Positions 24,001 through 33,000 of a stretch of 64,000 nt of DNA are shown piece by piece; the first letter of the stretch is position 1; every line of letters starts with the position of its first letter. Source of the stretch: Bdellovibrionales bacterium. GTDB taxonomy: Bacteria > Bdellovibrionota > Bdellovibrionia > Bdellovibrionales > JAGQZY01. Where the stretch lies: positions 608,001 to 672,000 of the forward strand of contig CAXRHT010000002.1 of the NCBI GenBank assembly GCA_964230645.1. The letters are read 5' to 3'. Below the pieces are notes generated by a model that saw only the letters and a program-made list of their open reading frames with translations, made no database searches and was not told the DNA's origin. A program made the translations under genes and the position numbers.

Positions 24001-27000
24001 CCTGCACAGTCTCCACCCGCTCCAGGATAAGCGCCACCAGCGAAGGTAAAAGGCGCTGCCAGACCACTTCCAGCCATTCCAAGCGCTGTGGAACCACCGG
24101 TGTTACTCACTGTGAAAGTTTTAGAATTAACGCTACCAGTGGGTCTTGTTCCATAATCATAAGTCCCTGGACCATCACTGAGAGCTAAAATTGCGGGAGC
24201 AATTCCTGTCCCCTGCACGTCTCTGTCACTAGTGACTGTTCCAGCTCCATTATTATATTGAATGCTAATTGTATCTGTTAAAAGACCGGTCGAAGTGGGC
24301 GCAAATTCCACATCGATATCACAGGTGGCTCCGGCTCCAAGAGTTGTCACACAGGTTCCCGCTGTTCCAGGAAAACTTCCACCGGTAAAGGCGTAAGGAG
24401 CGGCTAGACCAATCTCGGTAATGGCTGTAGCGGCGACACCACCACTATTTGTTAGTGTAAAGACGTGATTACTGCTCGCATTTTGAGTCACAGAACCATA
24501 ATCATGGGGATCACTTTCAGAAATGCCAATTAAGGCAGGATTCGCCCCAGTTCCTGTTAAATCATGATTTAAAGTTTGGGCTGTCGCTCCATTGTCATAA
24601 ACAATTTCAATGGTATCGGTAAGTGTTCCTACCGCAGTTGGATTGTAAGAGACTTCGATATCACAACTACTTCCAGCTGCGAGTGTGGCCGTACAAGTTC
24701 CATTGGTACCAGGAAAACTTGCCGCTGTGTAATCAAAAGGAAGAGCAAGCCCCGCGCCATCGGCAATCGAAATAGCAGGCACAGCCCCTGTGTTTGTTAT
24801 TGTTAATACTCTTACCGAAGTACTACCAAGAGCTTTCGTTCCAAAGTCATAAGGATCGGCCCCACCGACAACTAACGTAGCCGGAGTACCTGCTGTTCCT
24901 TGTAAGGCTCTTGTGGCTGCCTGTAATGCAGCACCATCACTATAATCAAAAGTCAGAGTGCTCGAATAAACTCCGTTAGAACCAGGAGTAAATTCTACGA
25001 CGACATTACAACTGCTACCTGCGGCAAGTGTGCCTCCACAGTTTCCTCCGGTTCCTGGATAACCACCACCGAGAAAATCAAAAGGAGCAGTAAGTGTAGA
25101 TTCTGTAATTCCAGTGGCAGTACTTCCTCCACCGTTTGTCAGCGTAAAAGTGTGGGTGCTAGTTCCACCACTAGCAATGAGTCCATAGTTATAAGTACCT
25201 GTCTCACTCACTGTGATCATAGCTGGAGTGATTCCTGTCCCAAGGATATCTCTTGTAGCCGTTTGACCTGTGACTCCATCATTAAAATTAATTTCAACGC
25301 TATCGTTACTGGCAACCGCCGATGTTGGTGCAAAGGTCACTTGAATCAAACAGCTATCACCGTTATTGATTGTGGCTCCACAATCACCACCCGTGCCAGG
25401 AAAAGATCCTCCAGTGAAACTAAAAGGAGCCACAAGTCCACTGCCCCCCACCGTCGTCGCTGGAACAGCACCTGTGTTGGTCACTGTAAAAATCTTTGCA
25501 GCTGTCGCTCCTTGAGTGACATTGCCAAAATCATAAGTGGGTCCATCAGTGATGGTTAGTGTCGCTGGCGAAGCTCCAGTCCCTTGTAGAGTTCTTGCTT
25601 CAGTAACCGTCGTAGCCCCATTAAAATACTCAATGGTGATGGTGCCATTAGCAAGACCAGTCGCTACAGGCGAATAGGCCACCTCGATATTACAAGAGGC
25701 CGAAGGTGCTAAGCTCGCCGTACATGTTCCACTAGCTCCTGGGAATCCGGCTCCAGTAAAATCAAAAGGCGCTGCTAGAGTTAACTCATTGATAGCTGTG
25801 GCTTGAAAGCCTCCGCCATTGGTAATTGTAAAAACATGATTTCTTGTGGCGCCAGTCGCTAGAGTTCCGTAATCGTAAGGACTCATTTCACTGATGGTCA
25901 GAGAAGCGGGAGTGACAGCCACACCAGCAACATCTCTTAGTGTATTCTGAGGATTCACTCCATCGTTATAAGAAATATCAATTGTGTCTGTGTCCGAAAC
26001 ACTAACGACACTAGGAGAGTACTGAATTTCAATATCACAGCTGCTCCCTGCTGCTAAGGTTCCGGAACAATCTCCTGCTGTACCAGGAAAAGCGCCACCA
26101 ACGAAAGTAAAAGGAGCACCAAGTCCCACCTCACTAATAGCTGAGGCCTGAAAACCTCCGCCGTTTGTGATAGTGAAAACATGAGCCCCTGTGCTCCCAG
26201 TGGCTAGTGTTCCAAAGTTATAAGGATCTGTTTCAGTGATACTGAGATTGGCAGGAGTGACTGAGGTTCCTTCTACATTTCTTGTGCTCTGCTGAGCCGC
26301 GGCTCCATCGTTGTAATCTATTAGTACTGTATCTGTGTCTAAACCATTAGCTGCGACCGGAGCATACTCGACAACGATATTACAGTTATCACCTGCAGCC
26401 AGTGTTCCGGTACAGTCTCCCGAAGTTCCAGGATAACTGCTGCCTTCAAAACGAAAAGGGGCGGCTAATCCACTTCCTGCAAGACCAGTGGCCGGAGCGC
26501 CTCCGGTGTTTGAAACGACAAAAGTTTTTTGAATCACGCGACCCGTAGGATGAGTTCCAAAGTTATAAGGGTCTAACTCTGAAATAGAAATCACTGCCGG
26601 GCTCAAACCGGTTCCCTGGATGTTCTGAGTGCTACTCACAACACTGACGCCATTGTTATAAGCTAAATCAATTGTATCTGTGAGAGCTCCAGTGGCCGCT
26701 GGCGCAAACTCGATCACAAGGTCACAGGAACCACCGCTGGTAATTGCCACTCCACAGGTTCCACCCGTTCCTGGATAACTTCCACCCACATAGCGGAAAT
26801 TTCCAGAGACTCCTGTCTCATTAAGTCCTGTGGCTGCCACTCCGCCGGTGTTGGAAACTGTGAAGGTGTTAGCCCTTGTGGCGCCTACAGCGACACTGCC
26901 ATAATCGTAGGGATCTGCCGCTGTAATATCTAATAAAGCCGGTGCGGCCGCTGAACCTTCAATATCATGAGTTAATGTTTGAGCCGTGGCGCCATCATTG

Positions 27001-30000
27001 TATGTGATTTCAAGGGTGTCAGAAGAGGCCCCGATGGAGGAGGGATTAAACTGCACTTCCACGTCACAGCTTGCACTGGCAGAAAGACTCGCTCCACAAG
27101 TCCCACCTGTTCCAGGATAACCCGCTCCAGTAAAAGCGTAAGGAGCCGCCAGTCCTAACCCATCAGCAAGGCTTGTGGCAGAAACAGCCCCTGTGTTGGT
27201 AATACTTAAAGTAACAACCGAAGTGCTACCATTGGCTTTTGTTCCAAAATTGTAAGGATCAGGGCCAGCGACAGTTAAAAGTGCCGGAGCTCCTGCGGTT
27301 CCCTGCACATCGCGAACAGAGCTTTGAACTGCAGCTCCATCGTTATAACTCAGCTCAATCGAGTCCGAATAAACACCCGTTCCCACAGGAGAGAAAGCCA
27401 CCACGATATCACAAGAAGCTCCTGCAGCGAGGCTCGCTCCACAGTCCCCACCTGTACCCGGAAAACCACCGCCGGCAAAAGCAAATGGAGGATTCAGACC
27501 CACTTCACTTAAGACCGTGGCCGAACTTCCACCGGCATTGTTTAAGGTAAATGTATGATTAAGAGTTCCACCATCAGCAATAAGACCATAATCATAAGGA
27601 TCGGTCTCACTGATCATAATAGTTGCCGGTGTGATACCCGTTCCGATCACATCACGAGTCACGGTCTGTCCACTGACACCATCGTTAAAGTTGATTTCAA
27701 TACTATCGTTACTAGCAATCGGTGAGGTTGGTGCAAAGCTTACTTGAATCAGGCAACTGGCTCCATTGGCAATGCTTGTTGTACAGTCCCCACCGGTTCC
27801 AGGAAAAGAGCCACCGGTAAAACTAAACGGAGCCACGAGTCCACTACCACCAACAGTTGTAGCGGGAACAGCCCCAGTGTTGGTCACTGTAAAAATTCTT
27901 GAACGACTGGCACCTTGGGTCACGTTTCCAAAATCATAGGTGGGTCCATCAGTGATGGTCAGTGTGGCCGGAGAGGCTCCTGTTCCTTGTAAGGTACGCG
28001 CTTCTGTCACAGTGGCTGCACCATTATTGTAAGCTATGGTAATGGTTCCAGTTGCAAGGCCCGTTGATACGGGAGAATAGGCCACTTCAATATCACAAGA
28101 AGCGGCTGGAGCCAGTGTCGCCGTACAAGTTCCACTCGCACCGGGAAAACCCGCTCCGGTAAAATCAAAAGGGGCGGCAAGAGTGGTCTCGTTAATGCTT
28201 GATGCTTGAAAGCCCCCACCATTAGTAATGGTAAAGGTGTGTGTTCTCACGCCACCTGTCGCTAGCGTTCCGTAATCATAGGGATCTGATTCTGTGATTG
28301 AAAGACTGGCTGGAGCCACTGCCACACCGGTCACATTTCTCAATTCATTTTGGGTGTTCACACCGTCAAAATAAGAAATATCTATCGAGTCGTTGTCCGC
28401 AGCACTGACCACACTGGGAGAGTACTGAATTTCGATATCACAACTGCTCCCCGGAGCAAGGTTACCACTACAGTCCCCGCCCACACCCGGGTAAGCCCCA
28501 CCGGTGAAAGAGTAAGGAGCCGCAAGCCCCACTTCGCTAATGGAAGAAGCGACAAAGCCTCCCCCGTTCGTTATTGTAAAAACATGGGTTCTTGCACTAC
28601 CGGTTGCCAGAGTTCCAAAGCTATAAGGATCGGTTTCAGTAATGCTTAAGTTAGCCGGTGTTACTGCCACACCCTGAACATCTCTTGATGAGATTTGAGG
28701 AGCCGCACCATCGTTATAGTTAATTTCAATACTGTCTGTATGAGAAGGATTGGCTGCAATCGGTGCGTATTCGACGACTATATTACAAGATGCACCCACA
28801 GCAAGGGTCGCTCCACAATCCCCAGAGGCCCCTGGATAAGTGCCCCCTTCAAAGCGAAAAGGGGCTGCTAGTCCACCACCAGCAATTCCGGTGGCGAGAG
28901 TTCCTCCACTATTAGTAATTACAAAGGTGTGAGGTTCCACATGGCCTGTTGGTCTTGTTCCAAAATCGTAAGGATCAATCTCTGAAATATCGAGGACCGC
29001 AGGAGTGAGTCCGGTTCCTTGAATGTCTCGGGTTAGACTTTGCGTGTTCACTCCGTCAAAATAATTAAAGTCGATCGTATCTGTAAAAACACCGGACGCC
29101 ACGGGTGCAAATTGAAAAACCACATCACAACTTGATCCGGAGTTAAGGGTAGCAGTACAGGTCCCCCCGGTTCCAGGAAAGCTTCCACCAGCAAAACCAA
29201 AAGGAGCGTTGATTCCCACCTCATTGATCACCGTGGCTGCAACCCCTCCCGTGTTTGCAATCGTAAAAGTATGATTGCGGCTAGCAGTAACAGTCACGGT
29301 TCCAAAATCATAGGGGTCCATCTCTGTAATTGTTAAGTTTGCAGGATTGGAGGCTGTCCCTTCAATATCTCGAAGAGAAGTTTGTGCTCCTGTTCCATCA
29401 TTGTAATCAATCTCAATTGTGTCCGTACTGTTAACAGCTGCTGTTGGCGAGTAAACGATCTCAATACTACAACTCGCTAGAGCGTTGAGACTGGCTCCAC
29501 AGTCCCCACCTGTTCCAGGATAGGTTCCACCGACATAACTAAATGGCGCAGCAAGGCCCGCTCCATCAGCGACCGAAGTTGCAGTTACCCCACCGCTGTT
29601 GGTGATGGTGAAGATATGAGGTGTGTTTGAACCCACGGCTTGGTTTCCGTAATCGTAAGGATCGGTTTCACTGATTTGTAAATTCGCTGGAGTAGTGGCC
29701 GTTCCTTGGATGTCACGGTCGGAAGTTACAACACTGGTTCCATTGTTGTAACTAAAGCTAATTGTGTCAGCATTCACCCCTGTGGCTGTCGGAGCGTATT
29801 CGATAACAATATCACAACTCGCACCCACACCCACAGTGGCTCCACAGTCTCCTCCGGTTCCAGGGTAGGATCCGCCAAGATATCTGAAAGGAGCCGCGAT
29901 TCCTGATTCTACAACCGCTGTGGCAGCGACGCCTCCGGAGTTTGTCACCGTAAAACTATGGGAAACCAAACCACCGTTGGCAATAAGGCCAAAATTATAA

Positions 30001-33000
30001 GGATTCGTCTCAGAGATTGTGAGAAGAGCTGGGGCAGCACCAACACCTGTAATATCACGAGAGCTTGAAACGTTACTAGCGCCATTGAAATAATTAATAT
30101 CAATGGTCTCGTTGAAGGTTCCGGAAGTGGCTGGGTTAAAGCTTACAGCTATATCACAAGAGCTAGCAGGAGCTAATGTGGCTCCGCAATCCCCACTTAT
30201 TCCTGGGTAAGTTCCCCCTTCAAAACTGTAAGGAGCACTAATTCCACTACCCGCCATTAAAGTGGCAGCCACTCCGCCCCCGTTATTTAGAGTGAACACT
30301 CTTACACTACTTGCCCCTTGAGCAAGAGTTCCATAATCATAAAGAGGACCATCGGTAATAGAAATATTAGCAGGGGCTGCACCCACCCCTGTAACTCCTC
30401 GAGTGGAGGTTACTACAGATGAGCCGTCATTGTATTGAATGGTAATGGTACTTGTATGAGTACCAGTTGAAACGGGAGCAAATTGAACTTCGATATTACA
30501 AGTTCCACCATTAGCTAAAGTGCTTGAACAGTCACCACCAGCACCAGGAAAGGCTCCCCCTGTAAAGGAATAAGGAGCGCTTAAAGTGGTTTCAGCAATG
30601 GCTGTGGCCGGAACATCACCCGTGTTACCTAATTGAAAAATTTGGGTCACAACTCCAGTGGTAGCAATGGTTCCAAAATCGTATGGCTCAGCCTCAGTGA
30701 TTGTAATCACGGCCGGATTCACTGCACTACCGATAACAGGTCTTGTGCTTGAAGTGGCAATTACTCCGTTGGAGTAATTAATTTCAATAGTGCTTGAATC
30801 CGAAGCTGTCACTGTCGGTGAGTATTGCACTTCAATTGTACAGTTACTTCCAGCAGCGAGTGTTGCGGCACAGTTTCCACCCGCCCCTGGATAACCCGCA
30901 CCACTAAATTGAAAAGGCAAAGCCAAACTTCCCGCATCCGCAAGGGCTGAGGCTTCAAAACCTCCGGTATTAGAGACTGTGAAGGTATGAAAATTATCAG
31001 AGTTCGTCGCTACGGTTCCGTAATTAAACGTCGGACCGTCAGAAATTTCTAAGAGGGCTGGAGCCACTCCCTCACCGCTTAAATCTCGGGTGGCCGTTTG
31101 CACATTGGCCCCATCGTCATACGAAATCTCAAGGGTGTCATCGTGAAGGGCCACTGTCGCAGGAGCATATTCAACACCCACGGTACAGGAGCTTCCCGGA
31201 GCGAGTGTAGCCGCACAATCGCCACCCCCTGGATAAGAACCACCCACAAACTGATAAGGAGGGGCTAATCCACCACCAGCCATGAGGCTGGCACCAAAAG
31301 CACCGGTATTAGTAATCGTAAATGTTTGGGTCCTAAGGGCTCCTGTTGGAACCTGACCAAAATTAAAAGTCGGTGCGAGATCAATTGTTAAAAGAGCTGG
31401 ACTGACCGAAGTTCCCTCAATATCGCGAAGAGTGGAAACCACACTGGCTCCATCGTCGTACTGTATTTCAATAGTATCGGCCGTGTTCCCCGTTGCGGTT
31501 GGAGCATAATTCACCACAATACTACAAGTGGCACTGACTGCGAGACTAGTACCACAGTTTCCACCCGTTCCCGGATAAGTACCGCCCGCATAGGAAAAGG
31601 GAGCCGCAAGACCCGCAAGATCAGTGATATTATTTGCTGGAACATCACCATTATTCACAATGTTAAAGGTGTGATTGGTCACACTTCCTTCAGCAACCGT
31701 TCCGTAATCAAAACTAGGAGCTTCCGAAATTTCAAGCAGAGCCGGATTAACACCTTCTCCTGTTACATCACGGTCGGCTTGCTGTGCTGCCACGCCGTCA
31801 TTGTAATCAATTAAAATGGTGTCGTTATGGACTGCCAGTGTGTTGGGTGAGTATGTGACGACAATATTACAAGTATTGGTCGGCGCTAATGTTGCTCCAC
31901 AATCCCCGCCCGTTCCAGGATAAGAACCCCCCGCGTAATCAAAGGGAGGCGCAAGCCCCACCCCATTCATACTACTGGCTACCACACCACCGGTGTTGGT
32001 AATAATAAAAGTCTGATCGGTTTGCGAGCCCACCGCATTTTGACCATAGTCAAAGCTTGGCCCAAGGTTGATGGTCAGATTCGCCGGTGGTGCTCCGTTT
32101 CCAGAAACGTCTCTTAGTAGCGTTTGTGTCGCAGCTCCGTCGAAGTAATCCAATTCAATTGTGTCGTTGTAAAGTCCAACGGCTGTGGGAGCAAATTCAA
32201 TAGCTAAATCACACTGATCGCCATTAGCAAGTGTCACTCCACAGGTTCCACCCGTTCCTGGGTAAGAACCTCCCACAAACTGAAAAGGAGCGGCTAATCC
32301 CACTTCTGCCATAGTCGTTGCTGGGGCGCCCCCAATATTGTCGATAGTAAAGATGTGCACGGCCGTAGAGTTAACGGCAATTGTGTCGTAGTCATAAAGA
32401 GGAGAATCGGTGATCGTTAAAAAGGCTGGTACCACTCCCGTACCGGTAATATCACGCAAAGCTGTTTGAGAATTCACTCCATCAAAATAATCAATCTCGA
32501 TGGTGTCATCATCAATACCCACCGCTGCGGGTGAGTAACGCACGATGATCGTACAAGTGCTTCCTGCGGCCAGAGATCCTGTACAGGTTCCACCACCAGG
32601 ATAAGTACCTCCTGAGTACTCGTAGGGAGGTAAAATTCCACCACCCACGAGACCTGTAGCAATATAGCCACCCGAATTGGTCACGGTAAACGTTTTATCC
32701 ACTTGAGCACCGATCACCGGTGAGCCATAATCGTAAACAGGCCCATCACTAATTTCTAAATTGGCCGGCGTCACACCAGAGCCCTCAATCAAACGGATAC
32801 TATTTTGGTTAGCCGCTCCATCAAAATAACTGATATTAATGCTTCCTGTTTGGATCCCAGTCACCGAAGGACTAAATTGCACTTCGATATCACAGGTAGC
32901 AGTCGCAGTTAGAGTCGTCCCACAATCCCCGCCAGCCCCCGGAAAGGTGCCACCAGTGAAACTGAAAGGTCCACTTAAAGCAATTTCAGAAATAGAAGAT

